Shown: piece by piece, positions 1 to 10,759 of the stretch
Position numbering within the stretch: the first letter of the stretch is position 1
Layout of the letters: every line of letters begins with the position of its first letter
Assembly (NCBI GenBank): GCA_043800705.1
Contig: JAZDMS010000040.1
Location: 5,550-69,549, forward strand
DNA from: Candidatus Altiarchaeota archaeon
Lineage (GTDB): Archaea; Altiarchaeota; Altiarchaeia; IMC4; SCGC-AAA252-I15
Length of the DNA: 64,000 nucleotides
Reading direction: 5' to 3'
Notes under the pieces: generated by a model
Told to the model about the DNA's origin: nothing
The model's database searches: none
The model's input: the letters and a program-made list of their open reading frames with translations, nothing else
Made by a program: the position numbers and the translations under genes

Positions 1-933
<933 letters not shown>

Positions 934-938
934 TCAAA

Positions 939-1487
939 GTGAAACTATCTAAGAATGATCTGGCTATATTGAAGCTGCTCATAGTGGACGGGCGCATCTC
1001 GGCATCGGAGATAGGCCGCCGCCTGAGCTTATCCTCCCAGGGCGCGGGCAAGATCATCCAAAGGCTTCAGAAGGAGGGAGTCATCAGGGGATTCTCAACC
1101 GACATAGATTACTCCGCCATCGGAATCACGGTATTCGCCGTGGCGCTCTTCAGGTTCAAGTCCGGCGCATGGAGCAGGCTGGAGAAGGAGGACATCCAGA
1201 AGAGGGTGAAAGGCCCGCACCTTATAAGGTTCTATCGCTTCTCCGAAGGGGACGTGACCCACATGGTCGTCTACGGCTTCCGGAGCCTGAAGGAGCTGGA
1301 CAACTACTTCCACGTCCTGCAGACAGAACGCGGCCACATATCCGAGCTGATGAAGCTGTATGTACTTTCCTCGGAGAGCGTGCTGAAAGACTCCCCCTCG
1401 GAACTCTACCTGGAGCTGATAAAGGAATACGGCTCCGAGAAGCTCGCGAGACCTGAGTCGCCGGCCAAGGAACACGAATACCCCTAG
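939..1487 (+). CDS. Lrp/AsnC-like transcriptional regulator with C-terminal extension (paralog 1)
   Basis: 182 aa ORF with a GTG start. It has an N-terminal HTH (LAILKLLIVDGRISASEIGRRLSLS) followed by a RAM-like domain. It is collinear with the next ORF, and an AT-rich promoter lies upstream. Confidence 0.75.
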   Translation: MKLSKNDLAILKLLIVDGRISASEIGRRLSLSSQGAGKIIQRLQKEGVIRGFSTDIDYSAIGITVFAVALFRFKSGAWSRLEKEDIQKRVKGPHLIRFYRFSEGDVTHMVVYGFRSLKELDNYFHVLQTERGHISELMKLYVLSSESVLKDSPSELYLELIKEYGSEKLARPESPAKEHEYP

Positions 1488-1584
1488 TCATGAAGAGAAT
1501 CTACCTATTTTTCTAGTATTTTTTTGATGTTTTTGGCAGGATTTTAAGATATTCTTAAATGTAAACTCATTATATTGTCTGCTT

Positions 1585-2136
1585 ATGAAACTTAGCCTTT
1601 CCGAGAACGAGAAGAGCGTCCTTGGGATGGTGATATCCGACGGGCGGCTGACCTGTACCGAGATGGGCAGGCGTATCGGCATCTCCTCCCAGGCGGTGGG
1701 AAAGATCGTGGACAAGCTGGAGTCTTCGGGCATCGTCACGGGATACACGGCCACCGTCGACTACGAGCGGCTGGGGGTCGAGGTGTTCGCGGTCGGATTC
1801 TTCCGGTTCAAATCCGGCTCGTGGGCGAGGCTGGAGGAGGCGGACATCAGGGAACGGCTGCGGGGGCCTCACCTCATACAGGTGATGCGTGTCGTAGAAG
1901 GCGACGCCACCCACATGATACTCTACGGTTTCAGGAGCATGAAGGAATTGGACAACTACTTCCACATACTGCAGCAGGAGCGGGGGCACATCTCGGAGCT
2001 GAGGAAACTGTACGTCCTGTCAGCGTCGAGCGTGCTTAAGGACTCCCCAAACGAACTCCTGCTGAAGGCTATATCGGAGCTCGGCGAGGAGGTCCTCGGG
2101 AGGCCGGAGCCTCCGAAGCCGCTTACCGAATCCTAG
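1585..2136 (+). CDS. Lrp/AsnC-like transcriptional regulator (paralog 2, tandem)
   Basis: 183 aa ORF alignable over its full length with the 939-1487 product (e.g. FRFKSG.W.RLE..DI..R..GPHLI, LKELDNYFH.LQ.ERGHISEL.KLYVLS). Confidence 0.75.
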   Translation: MKLSLSENEKSVLGMVISDGRLTCTEMGRRIGISSQAVGKIVDKLESSGIVTGYTATVDYERLGVEVFAVGFFRFKSGSWARLEEADIRERLRGPHLIQVMRVVEGDATHMILYGFRSMKELDNYFHILQQERGHISELRKLYVLSASSVLKDSPNELLLKAISELGEEVLGRPEPPKPLTES

Positions 2137-2543
2137 AACCTGAAGTCCTTGAAGTGGTAGGTCTCCTTGAACAGGCGGGGTATGAACTGCTTCACGACGT
2201 CCCTTGTGGTGAGTATCCCTATGACTTCGCCCTTTTCGACCACGGGCAGCCTCCTGAAGCTGTTCTCGTTGAAGACCCTGCATATCTCGTAGAGGTCTGT
2301 CGAGCCTTCGATGGTGGTGACCGGCGAAGTCATTATTTTCCCGGCCTGGACCTTTTTCGGGTCTTTCCCCTTCGCGACGACCTTGCTGGTGATGTCCCTC
2401 TCGGTGAGTATGCCAAGGCCCTTCTTCGACCTGATAAGGACCGAACCGATCCTCTTCCTGCTCATGAGCCCGGCGACGTCCGTCACCGGCATGTCAGCCT
2501 CGACGAACGTGTGCTGGTGCATTATCTTCCTGGCTTCGATCAT
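2133..2543 (-). CDS. CBS-domain pair protein
   Basis: 136 aa ORF with two CBS-like repeats (..IGSVLIRSKKGLGILTERDI.. and ..FRRLPVVEKGEVIGILTTRDVV..). Confidence 0.75.
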   Translation of the reverse strand: MIEARKIMHQHTFVEADMPVTDVAGLMSRKRIGSVLIRSKKGLGILTERDITSKVVAKGKDPKKVQAGKIMTSPVTTIEGSTDLYEICRVFNENSFRRLPVVEKGEVIGILTTRDVVKQFIPRLFKETYHFKDFRF

Positions 2544-2672
2544 TCATACACCTCGTCATATCCATTTGTCTCATTGTATATATAACGGCGCATGGAGTAA
2601 CGCATCATCAGTCCTCATATCATGTATGAACCTCCCCCTGCGTTTTTATTTCCCGGAGTGCAATACTGAGAA

Positions 2673-5000
2673 ATGGCCCTTTTCATCTTGTTCGGTCTCA
2701 CTGCGTTCGAACAGGCTGCAATACTCTCCGTCCTCGGCATCTCCCTCCTCGGCTTACTCTACGCCTACATCCTGCGCAGGCAGATAATGCGTGAGGACAC
2801 AGGCGACGACAAGATGCGGGAAGTCTGGGGCGCGATACGCGAAGGCGCGGAGGCATACCTTTGGAGGCAGCTGAAGGCGGTCCTCCCGCTCATACTGATT
2901 CTGACGGTCGCATTGTTCTTCTCGGTCTACGTCGTCCCCCCGTCTGAGGCGGCCGTGGAGCGCTTCAGCGAATACAGGGACCAGCCGGAGATGATCAGGC
3001 TCATCGTCGGATTGGGCAGGGCGATCGCTTTCGTCATGGGCGCGACGTTCTCGCTTCTTGTCGGCCAGCTCGGGATGCGTATCGCCATTCAGGGTAACAT
3101 CAGGGTCGCAGCGGCGTCGAGGAAATCGTTCGGCGATGCGCTCAGGATCGCATACAGGACGGGGACGGTCACAGGCATGCTCACCGACGGTCTCGGACTC
3201 TTCGGCGGAACAATCATCTTCCTCATATTCGGCGTCGCATCGCCTGACGCCCTGTTGGGCTTCGGGTTCGGCGGAACGCTCCTCGCCCTCTTCATGCGGG
3301 TGGGTGGGGGCATATACACTAAGGCCGCCGACGTCGGCGCGGACCTTGTCGGAAAGGTCGAGGCCGGCATACCCGAAGACGACCCCAGGAATCCGGCGGT
3401 CATAGCTGACCTCGTCGGCGACAACGTCGGCGACTGCGCCGGGATGGCGGCCGACATCTTCGAATCATACGAGGTCACCATAGTATCCTCTCTCATCCTC
3501 GGGCTGGCGCTGTATCAGATCAGCGGCCACATGGAATGGATAATCTATCCGCTCCTGGTGAGGGGGATAGGGGTCCTGTGCTCGATATTCGGCACATACA
3601 TGGTGAAGGCAGGCCCAGGCAAGAGCGGAGACGCGATGGCCGCGATATTCAAGGGCTACATGACATCAGCCCTTATCTCCATACTGCTCATCGGAGCCCT
3701 CGCATACCTCTACATGCAGGCAGTCCCCGGCGGATGGTGGAGGCCGTTCCTGGCGACTGTAGCCGGAATATTGCTGGCCATACTCATCGACCGCCTGACG
3801 GAGCATTTCACAGGCACCAACGGCGGCCCCGTCAACGAGATCAAAAAGGCCACAAGCAGCGGCCCCGCCACGACGATTCTCTCCGGTCTGGCCGTCGGCT
3901 ACGAGTCCGCGGTATGGGCGACGATAGTCATCGCAGCGACGATATTCTCGTCGGTCCTGATATTCGGGGGCATACCCGGCGTCGGCGCCTCCGACAACGT
4001 CACCTACATACTCTTCGGCGTCGCATTGACGGGCATCGGGATGCTCACATTGACGGGCAACAACGTCGCGATGGACACGTTCGGCCCCATCTCCGACAAC
4101 GCGAACGGGATAGGGGAGATGGCCTGGCACGACAAAAACGACGAGGAGACGAAGTCTGCAAGAAGGATCCTATCGGACCTGGACGGCGTCGGGAACACGA
4201 CTAAGGCGATCACGAAGGGTGTCGCGATCGGGTCTGCGGTCATCGCCGCGGTCTCGCTGTTCGGCTCATACATGGTCGACGTAAGCCAGGTGCAGGCTGT
4301 CATGGGCCTTCCTGCGGCCGAGCTTCTGAAGAACGTGGGCATAAGGGTTTCAATGCCCAACGTATTCATCGGCATGCTAATCGGGGGTGCGCTGCCCTGG
4401 CTGTTCTCGTGCTTTTCGATAATGGCAGTTAGCAGGGCCGCGTCGCTGATAGTCGAGGAGGTTAGGCGGCAGTTCCGCTCCGGCGTATTGGATGGGCGGG
4501 TCAAACCAGACTACCAGGCGGCTGTAAGCATATCCACTGCCGCGGCCCAGAAGGAACTGGTCAACCTAGCGCTCCTTGGCATCCTGTCCCCCATCCTCGT
4601 CGGGCTCCTTTTCGGAGTCGAGGCGCTTGGCGGATTCCTCGCGGGAACCATCGTCTCAGGGCAGCTTTTAGCGGTCTTCATGTCCAATGCGGGGGGCGCA
4701 TGGGACAACACGAAAAAGGTCATCGAGGACGAGCCGTCAGACATCCTGAAGAACACAGGAAAAGGCTCGGACCGCCACAAGGCGAGCGTCGTCGGAGACA
4801 CCGTCGGAGACCCGCTGAAGGACACGGCCGGGCCGGCCTTGAACCCCATGATAAAGGTCGTCAACCTTGTCTCCGTGATAATCGCGCCGATCATCGTCCA
4901 ATACGAAAGAAGCGGGGTAGTATACTGGGCGATAGTGGCGGTACTGCTTGGCATATTGGCATGGGCTATTATGGCGAGCAAAAGGCCGGTGCCGGGTTGA
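2673..5000 (+). CDS. hppA: Membrane-bound proton-translocating inorganic pyrophosphatase
   Basis: 775 aa polytopic ORF with the hallmark GGGIYTKAADVGADLVGKVEAGIPEDDPRNPAVIADLVGDNVGDCAGMAADIFESY and a C-terminal VGDTVGDPLKDTAGPALNPMIKV. Confidence 0.92.
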   Translation: MALFILFGLTAFEQAAILSVLGISLLGLLYAYILRRQIMREDTGDDKMREVWGAIREGAEAYLWRQLKAVLPLILILTVALFFSVYVVPPSEAAVERFSEYRDQPEMIRLIVGLGRAIAFVMGATFSLLVGQLGMRIAIQGNIRVAAASRKSFGDALRIAYRTGTVTGMLTDGLGLFGGTIIFLIFGVASPDALLGFGFGGTLLALFMRVGGGIYTKAADVGADLVGKVEAGIPEDDPRNPAVIADLVGDNVGDCAGMAADIFESYEVTIVSSLILGLALYQISGHMEWIIYPLLVRGIGVLCSIFGTYMVKAGPGKSGDAMAAIFKGYMTSALISILLIGALAYLYMQAVPGGWWRPFLATVAGILLAILIDRLTEHFTGTNGGPVNEIKKATSSGPATTILSGLAVGYESAVWATIVIAATIFSSVLIFGGIPGVGASDNVTYILFGVALTGIGMLTLTGNNVAMDTFGPISDNANGIGEMAWHDKNDEETKSARRILSDLDGVGNTTKAITKGVAIGSAVIAAVSLFGSYMVDVSQVQAVMGLPAAELLKNVGIRVSMPNVFIGMLIGGALPWLFSCFSIMAVSRAASLIVEEVRRQFRSGVLDGRVKPDYQAAVSISTAAAQKELVNLALLGILSPILVGLLFGVEALGGFLAGTIVSGQLLAVFMSNAGGAWDNTKKVIEDEPSDILKNTGKGSDRHKASVVGDTVGDPLKDTAGPALNPMIKVVNLVSVIIAPIIVQYERSGVVYWAIVAVLLGILAWAIMASKRPVPG

Positions 5001-5049
5001 ATCCGGTCTTTCAACATTTATCTTCGGGTGCTTCCTTTCTCATTATGCC

Positions 5050-5490
5050 ATGAATCAGCGAACTATGGACAAGGTCAGGCGGTTCGACCCTGGCATAATA
5101 GAGGCCAGTCCGAAGGCCGCCGAAGTCGTGGCGATCGCAATCGACCACGGATTCCAGCTGATTGAACCCAAGGGGTTGGGCGATTTCTCCAGGCTTGTCC
5201 CCCACCCGTTCGGTGAGAAAACGCCTGAACATAAGCGCGCCAAGTTCGTCTTTGCCATGAACGGCAGGGGCAAATCACTGGGCCTATCGCTCGAAGACCT
5301 CGAAGCAGTGCCCTGGCATCGGATCGACTTCACAGATGCTGACGGCCTGAGATTAAAAGAGCGCGTCGGAGCCCAGATAACTCCAGTGGCTGGCCTGGAT
5401 AACGGGCCTGGCGGCCCTAGAAATCGGATCGGCAAATTATCCACCCGGGACCATGAGATGCTGAAAACAGGACAATCTAGGACGATTTAG
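5050..5490 (+). CDS. Hypothetical protein
   Basis: I chose the ATG at 5050 inside the 4948-5490 track ORF, because the upstream part overlaps the hppA 3' end. No recognisable motifs. Confidence 0.4.
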   Translation: MNQRTMDKVRRFDPGIIEASPKAAEVVAIAIDHGFQLIEPKGLGDFSRLVPHPFGEKTPEHKRAKFVFAMNGRGKSLGLSLEDLEAVPWHRIDFTDADGLRLKERVGAQITPVAGLDNGPGGPRNRIGKLSTRDHEMLKTGQSRTI

Positions 5491-5497
5491 GTTCGTC

Positions 5498-6442
5498 TCA
5501 TCCCCAGTAGGGGTTCTTTACGTATTTGAACGCGTTGAGTCCCGCTAGCCCGCCTTCTCCGACTGCCTGCGGTATCCTTATCCATTTTCCGACGATGTCT
5601 CCTGCGGCGAATATTCCCGGGAGGTTCGTGCGCTGGTCGGCGTTGACTGTGACACGGCCCCTGTCGTCGGTTTTGACGCCTATCCTTTTGAGGAATTCGG
5701 TGTTTGCTTCCGTGCCGAGGCTGAACAGGATGACGTCGGCGTCCCAGACGTTCTCTGTGTTGTCCTTGTTGTTGAAGAGGCGTGCCCTCTCGACCTTCCC
5801 CATGCCTTCGATTTTCTTGATTTCGGTGTTCCAGAGCACGTTGACGCATTCGTCCTTTACGCATGCGACGTTCTTGTCGGTGGCTCTGAAGGTGTCCTTC
5901 CTGTGGACGATGACGACTTCGGTGCCTTTCTTCTTCATCTCGACTGCGCATTCGACTGCGGTGTCGCCGCCGCCGACTACAATCGCCTTCTTGCCCCTGT
6001 ATTTGCCGGGGTCCGGCAGGCAGTAGACGACGTTGTCGAGGGTCTCGCCGCCGACCCCCAGCTTCCTTGGCGCCCCCAGGCCGCATGCGAGGACAACAGC
6101 CTTCGCGGAGTATCTGCCCTTGTTGGTTGTGACAATGAGGTGTTCCTTGCTGTCGTCGGGGTTCGCTTCCCTCCTGACGTCGGTGACGGTCTCGTTCTCC
6201 CTGATCTTGACCCCCTCGTTTAGGGCGTGGTCGGTCATGAGTTTCGCGGCTTCCGCGCCAGTCTTCTCGTATACGCCGAGGTAGTTGTCGACGTGCTTCC
6301 ACGGGTACTGGTTGACGGGAGCCCCGCCTGAGTAAGCGGATTCTATGACCAGCGCCGAGACCTTGTAGTATGCCGCCGTTATCGCAGCCGACAAACCAGC
6401 CGGCCCTGCTCCGACCACGACGACGTCGTATTGCTCCTCCAT
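5498..6442 (-). CDS. Thioredoxin-reductase-like FAD/NAD(P) oxidoreductase lacking the CxxC redox centre
   Basis: N-terminal DVVVVGAGPAGLSAA, a second Rossmann motif KKAIVVGGGDTAVECA, and C-terminal GIFAAGD. The position of the TrxB CATCDG motif reads VVYCLPDPG, with a single Cys. Start chosen at MEEQYDVVVV; an alternative start lies at 6454. Confidence 0.75.
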   Translation of the reverse strand: MEEQYDVVVVGAGPAGLSAAITAAYYKVSALVIESAYSGGAPVNQYPWKHVDNYLGVYEKTGAEAAKLMTDHALNEGVKIRENETVTDVRREANPDDSKEHLIVTTNKGRYSAKAVVLACGLGAPRKLGVGGETLDNVVYCLPDPGKYRGKKAIVVGGGDTAVECAVEMKKKGTEVVIVHRKDTFRATDKNVACVKDECVNVLWNTEIKKIEGMGKVERARLFNNKDNTENVWDADVILFSLGTEANTEFLKRIGVKTDDRGRVTVNADQRTNLPGIFAAGDIVGKWIRIPQAVGEGGLAGLNAFKYVKNPYWG

Positions 6443-6502
6443 CTTAAGATACATCTACAACGGGGTTTAAATTTGGCGGGAAACAATATCTTCTCCGATC
6501 AA

Positions 6503-9109
6503 ATGGCTGGATACGAGCGTAAATGGCACGGCCTTGAGGCCTCCGACGCGTTGAGGGAGCTTGGCGGCTCCGAGTCGGGGCTGTCCGATGCGGAGGCAGT
6601 GAAGCGGCTGGTGCAATACGGCCGCAACGAGCTTGAGGAGAAGGGGGGCCGCAGCATGTTCGGCGTATTCCTCGGCCAGTTTAAGGACATACTCGTCCTC
6701 CTGCTGATAGTTTCCGCGGTGTTCGCGTTGGCAGCGGGGGAGATGGTTGACGGCTCCCTAATCCTCGGGATAGTCGTTTTGAACGGCGTCTTCGGATTTA
6801 TCCAGGACTACAAGGCCGAGCGGAACATGGACGAGCTGAAGAAGCTCAGCAAGCCGAAGGCGATCGTAATCCGTAACGGACGCGAGCTGGAGATACGGAG
6901 CGGCGAGCTCGTGCCCGGAGACATACTCCTCCTGATAGAGGGCGACAGCGTCCAGGCAGACGGCAGGGTCATCGAGTCCGTCAACCTAAACGTCGACGAA
7001 TCATCACTGACCGGTGAGAGCGTCCCCGTCCAGAAGGACGTGGCGAAGATCCCGGATGGCGCGCCTTTGGCCGAGCGCTACTGCATGGTGTACCAGGGCA
7101 CGAGCGTCGTCTCGGGCCGCGGCAGGATTGCCGTCGCTTCGACGGGTATGTCCACCGAGCTCGGGAAGATCGCGAAAGACCTCGATGCGATAGAGGACGA
7201 GCGCACCCCGTTCCAGAAGCACATGGACGAGCTAGGCGGAAAGATCGCCGTTGCGATATTGGGCCTGTGCTTCGTAGTCGGCCTGGTCATCCTCACGACC
7301 ACGGACACCCCATTTCTGAAGGTTCTACTGATTGCCATCGCCCTCGGCGTGGCGGCTATCCCGGAGGGCCTGCCCGCCGTCATCACGCTCTCGCTCGCCC
7401 TCGGCTCGAAGCGGATGATGCAGAAGCATGCGCTCCTTCGAAAGCTGCCAGTCGCCGAAGGCCTCGGCTCCGTTGACATCATCTGCACCGACAAGACCGG
7501 GACCCTCACCGAGAACCGGATGACCGTCCGGAGGCTGTACTTCGGCGGAAGGGTCATCGACGTGTCGGGGGCTGGCTACAGCCTCGACGGCGGGTTTTTC
7601 TCGCATGGCGTGGAGGTTCCCTTGGAGGAGCTGAAGCCCCTCCTTTATGCGGGGATGCACAACAACAACGCCCGCCACCTGGACGACGGCACCTTCAGCG
7701 GCGACCCCACGGAGATAGCGCTGCTCGTCTGCGGTATGAAGGCCGGCCTGAGGCCTAAATACCGGCGGGTCGACGAGATAGCGTTCTCGTCAGTGAGGAA
7801 GATGATGACGACCGTCCACGAGACGAAGAACGGGATCCTGTCTAATACTAAGGGCGCCCCGGAATTCATCATCGAACGCTGCGACCGGCTCCTTGAGTCG
7901 GGGAAGGTCAGGAAGATGTCTGCCGACGACCGTGCCAGGATCCTGAAGATGAACGAGGAGCTTGCGTCGCAGGCGCTGCGTGTGATAGGATTCGCATACG
8001 AGGAGGATACGGAGTCCCCCGAGGAGGGGATGATTTTCCTCGGCCTGCAGGGCATGCTCGACCCCCCTCGGAAGGAGGTGCCTGCCGCGATAGCCGACTG
8101 CAAGAGCGCTGGCATAAGGGTCATAATGATAACCGGCGACAGCAAGACCACCGCCCAGGCCATCGCCCGGGAGATCGGGTTGGATCCGAAGGCTCTCGAA
8201 GGCAGGGAGATAGACTCGATGTCGCAGGATCAGATCTACGAGGCCGCCAGGGACGTCTCCATATTCGCGCGGGTGTCGCCCGCCAACAAGCTTGCTATAC
8301 TCCTGGCCCTGAAGGCCCAGGGCCACATCGTCGCGATGACCGGCGACGGCGTCAACGACGCCCCCGCGATCAAGGCCGCGGACGTCGGCGTGTCGATGGG
8401 GATCCGCGGCACCGAGGTGGCGAAGCAGACGTCGGACATCGTCCTCCTGGACGACAACTTTGCGACGATCAAGGACGCGATCCTCGAGGGTAGGCGGATA
8501 TTCGACAACGTCAGGAAGTTCATCAACTACCTCTTCCCCTGCAACCTGGCGGAGGTCCTGGTCGTGTTCATCGCGGCGCTGCCTTTCATAGCGGGCACTC
8601 CCCTGGTCATACTCACCGCGGTCCAACTCCTTTGGATCAACATCGCAACGGACGGGCTGCCAGCCCTCGCATTGGGCGTCGACCCCCCGGCTGCGGGAAT
8701 AATGCGGCGCAAACCCCGCCCCAGGGGGGAGGGGATAATCAACCGCCGCATGGCATACCACATGGTCCTCATAGGCGTCGCGATGACCGCCGTCATCCTC
8801 GGCCTCTTCTACGCGTCCGGGCCGCTGGCAGACTTCCAGAGGGCGCAGACCATCGCATTCACCGCCATAGTCGTGTTCAAGATGGTGAGGGTCTACGAGA
8901 TACGCGTCGAGGACAGGCTCGGCCTCTTCTCCAACAAGTGGCTCCTCCTGGCCGTGTCAAGTTCGGTGGGGCTGCACCTGGCGCTCCTTTACTCCCCGGC
9001 AGCCTCCTACTTCAAGGTCGTCCCCCTCGGGCTCGAGGACTGGGGGATGGTATTGGCGGGTATGGCCGCGTTCGCGGCATTGTCGTATGCGATACGGAAA
9101 ATGGTGTAG
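6503..9109 (+). CDS. P-type cation-transporting ATPase (type II, Ca2+/cation family)
   Basis: Contains [14 protein letters not shown] (phosphorylation site), [22 protein letters not shown] and about 10 TM segments. Start chosen at [20 protein letters not shown]. Confidence 0.88.
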   Translation: MAGYERKWHGLEASDALRELGGSESGLSDAEAVKRLVQYGRNELEEKGGRSMFGVFLGQFKDILVLLLIVSAVFALAAGEMVDGSLILGIVVLNGVFGFIQDYKAERNMDELKKLSKPKAIVIRNGRELEIRSGELVPGDILLLIEGDSVQADGRVIESVNLNVDESSLTGESVPVQKDVAKIPDGAPLAERYCMVYQGTSVVSGRGRIAVASTGMSTELGKIAKDLDAIEDERTPFQKHMDELGGKIAVAILGLCFVVGLVILTTTDTPFLKVLLIAIALGVAAIPEGLPAVITLSLALGSKRMMQKHALLRKLPVAEGLGSVDIICTDKTGTLTENRMTVRRLYFGGRVIDVSGAGYSLDGGFFSHGVEVPLEELKPLLYAGMHNNNARHLDDGTFSGDPTEIALLVCGMKAGLRPKYRRVDEIAFSSVRKMMTTVHETKNGILSNTKGAPEFIIERCDRLLESGKVRKMSADDRARILKMNEELASQALRVIGFAYEEDTESPEEGMIFLGLQGMLDPPRKEVPAAIADCKSAGIRVIMITGDSKTTAQAIAREIGLDPKALEGREIDSMSQDQIYEAARDVSIFARVSPANKLAILLALKAQGHIVAMTGDGVNDAPAIKAADVGVSMGIRGTEVAKQTSDIVLLDDNFATIKDAILEGRRIFDNVRKFINYLFPCNLAEVLVVFIAALPFIAGTPLVILTAVQLLWINIATDGLPALALGVDPPAAGIMRRKPRPRGEGIINRRMAYHMVLIGVAMTAVILGLFYASGPLADFQRAQTIAFTAIVVFKMVRVYEIRVEDRLGLFSNKWLLLAVSSSVGLHLALLYSPAASYFKVVPLGLEDWGMVLAGMAAFAALSYAIRKMV

Positions 9110-9239
9110 CCGGCATGGCCTATTCGGATTCGGCATAGAAGGCCTACAGGCTCCTGTTTATCTCCGTCGCCTTAGGGGCCGTCGCCCTGGCCCTGTCAGA
9201 GGTTGGCTCGAGGCTCCTCAGGACGTGGACATGAACTGT

Positions 9240-9370
9240 TAGCATGAGGTTTATATTCTATATAGCATATTTTTTTAATTTATTATTCATATAAGGGTCA
9301 AATTTTTATGCTATTATGGATATTTTGAAGCTTTTTATGCTTATGCGAATTTTACCTAATTTATTCCGGG
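9240..9370. promoter_or_regulatory. About 130 bp strongly AT-rich tract upstream of the SepCysS operon, a probable promoter region
   Basis: Runs of TATA-like sequence (tatattctatatagcatattttttt..) and a repeated TTTTATGCT(T)AT motif occur in an otherwise GC-rich genome. Confidence 0.4.
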
Positions 9371-9562
9371 ATGTCACATATCCTATGGATGACCGAAGAG
9401 ACCGAAGCCTGCTTCAGCGCGCTGTTCGCGCTGGAGGACGTCAGGGAGCTCCTGAGGGAGAGCGCACCTGAGCACAAGCTGAGCCCAGAGCAGAAGACGC
9501 GCCTTGCGGAGGCGCTGTTGAAGGCCAGAAACAATCTCTCCAGACTGGAGGCGAGGCTGTGA
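9371..9562 (+). CDS. Small helical protein translationally coupled to SepCysS (possible stand-alone SepCysSn/SepCysE-N-like helper)
   Basis: 63 aa ORF with a predicted helical, charged C-terminal half (LSPEQKTRLAEALLKARNNLSRLEARL). Its TGA overlaps the GTG start of the next gene (GTGA at 9559-9562). Confidence 0.45.
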   Translation: MSHILWMTEETEACFSALFALEDVRELLRESAPEHKLSPEQKTRLAEALLKARNNLSRLEARL

Positions 9563-10707
9563 ACGTCGGAGGCCTCGAACCCAGGGACAGGGAGGAGGAC
9601 TACATCAACGTCAACCCGTTGCAGACAGCGGGCAGGCCATATGCGGATGCGAGGAAGGCGGTACTATCCTACGTCGACGGGTACAGCGTCTGCGACTGGT
9701 GCAAGGGGGAGCTATGCGCGATGGAGAAGCCCCCCATCAAGGCGTTCCTCGACGACGCGTCGAAGTTCCTCGGCATGGATTCGACGATGCTCACCAACGG
9801 GGCGAGGGAGGCAAAGTTCGCGGTGCTGCATTCGATGACTGCCCCAGGCGACACGGTCGTCATGGACGGTAACAGGCACTACACGACCTACGTCGCCGCG
9901 GAGCTCGCAGGGCTTAAGATACGCGAGGTCCCGTCGTCGGGATCGCCAGAATACGTGATAGACCCGGACGGATACGCCGCCGCATTCGAACAGGTCAAGG
10001 CCGACACGGGAGCCCCGCCGAAGATGGCTGTCCTCACCCACGTCGACGGCAGCTACGGGAACCTCGTCGACGCTGAAAAGGTCGGGAAGATATGCAAACA
10101 GTACGACGTACCCCTCCTACTGAACACAGCCTACTCGTCAGGGCGGATGCCCGTCGACGGCAAAAGGCTGGGCGCCGATTTCATGGCATGCTCGGGCCAC
10201 AAAAGCTGGGCCGCAGGCGGCGGCAACATCGGCCTCCTTGCTGTCTGCGGCGAATGGGCCGGCAAGGTCTTCGCAAGGAGCGGGAAATACAAGGCGAAGC
10301 CGCTCGAGATACTCGGCTGCTCGTCAAGGGGTTCGGCTACGGTCGCGCTCATGGCCAGCTTCCCCCGTGTGATGGAGCGGGTTACGCGCTGGGACAAGGA
10401 AGTCGATAACGCCCGCTGGCTCGCATCAGAGCTGGAGAAGATGGGGCTCAAAGTCATCGGCGAGCGGCCAAGAGACCACGACATCCTATTCGTCGAATCC
10501 GACCTGCTGTTCCGGATATCCGAGACCCACAAGAAGAAGAACTACTACCTATACAGCGAACTGAAGGACAGGGGGGTAGTGGGGGTCAAGAGCGGCCTCA
10601 CGAAGAACTTCAAGCTCAGCGCCTACGGAAAGACGAGGCAGCAGGTCGAGCGCATAGCGTGGGCCTTCAGGGACATCATCGAAAAGTTCGGAGCCGAAAT
10701 GAGTTGA
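9559..10707 (+). CDS. pscS: O-phospho-L-seryl-tRNA:Cys-tRNA synthase (SepCysS)
   Basis: 382 aa PLP-enzyme fold with YINVNPLQTAGR, an N-terminal Cys cluster (SVCDWCKGELC), a PLP-lysine context ACSGHKSWAAGG, and LGCSSRG. This matches my memory of SepCysS sequences. Confidence 0.8.
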   Translation: MNVGGLEPRDREEDYINVNPLQTAGRPYADARKAVLSYVDGYSVCDWCKGELCAMEKPPIKAFLDDASKFLGMDSTMLTNGAREAKFAVLHSMTAPGDTVVMDGNRHYTTYVAAELAGLKIREVPSSGSPEYVIDPDGYAAAFEQVKADTGAPPKMAVLTHVDGSYGNLVDAEKVGKICKQYDVPLLLNTAYSSGRMPVDGKRLGADFMACSGHKSWAAGGGNIGLLAVCGEWAGKVFARSGKYKAKPLEILGCSSRGSATVALMASFPRVMERVTRWDKEVDNARWLASELEKMGLKVIGERPRDHDILFVESDLLFRISETHKKKNYYLYSELKDRGVVGVKSGLTKNFKLSAYGKTRQQVERIAWAFRDIIEKFGAEMS

Positions 10708-10759
10708 CGCCCGCTTTTACCTTCCACTAATTAATTAAACTGTGCTGCTTCATCTTACT

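Noticed and set aside
5487-6302. A long Arg-rich 271-aa ORF lies in an alternative frame on the same strand as the TrxR-like gene. Many similar alternative-frame or antisense ORFs exist, e.g. 7790-8761, 12580-13287, 14741-15865, 24977-25969, 28220-29206, 40091-41008, 44817-45707 and 45532-46413.
   Set aside because: They overlap well-supported genes in alternative frames and have extreme Arg/Pro/Gly-rich compositions. They are expected by chance in high-GC DNA with few stop codons. No motifs or start contexts were seen.
9115-9234. A mini-ORF reads MAYSDSA-TAG-KAYRLLFISVALGAVALALSEVGSRLLRTWT*. A TM-like peptide would be reachable only by reading through an in-frame TAG, which would be interesting if the organism decodes UAG as pyrrolysine.
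   Set aside because: Nothing in the window shows Pyl machinery or other in-frame TAG genes. The ORF is tiny and lies right after the ATPase stop. Hydrophobic-looking frames are common in GC-rich DNA. It cannot be supported from sequence alone.
9240-9370. The AT-rich 130-bp tract was considered as a possible replication origin or DNA-unwinding element.
   Set aside because: No ORB-like inverted repeats and no adjacent orc1/cdc6 gene are present. Its position directly upstream of an operon fits a promoter.
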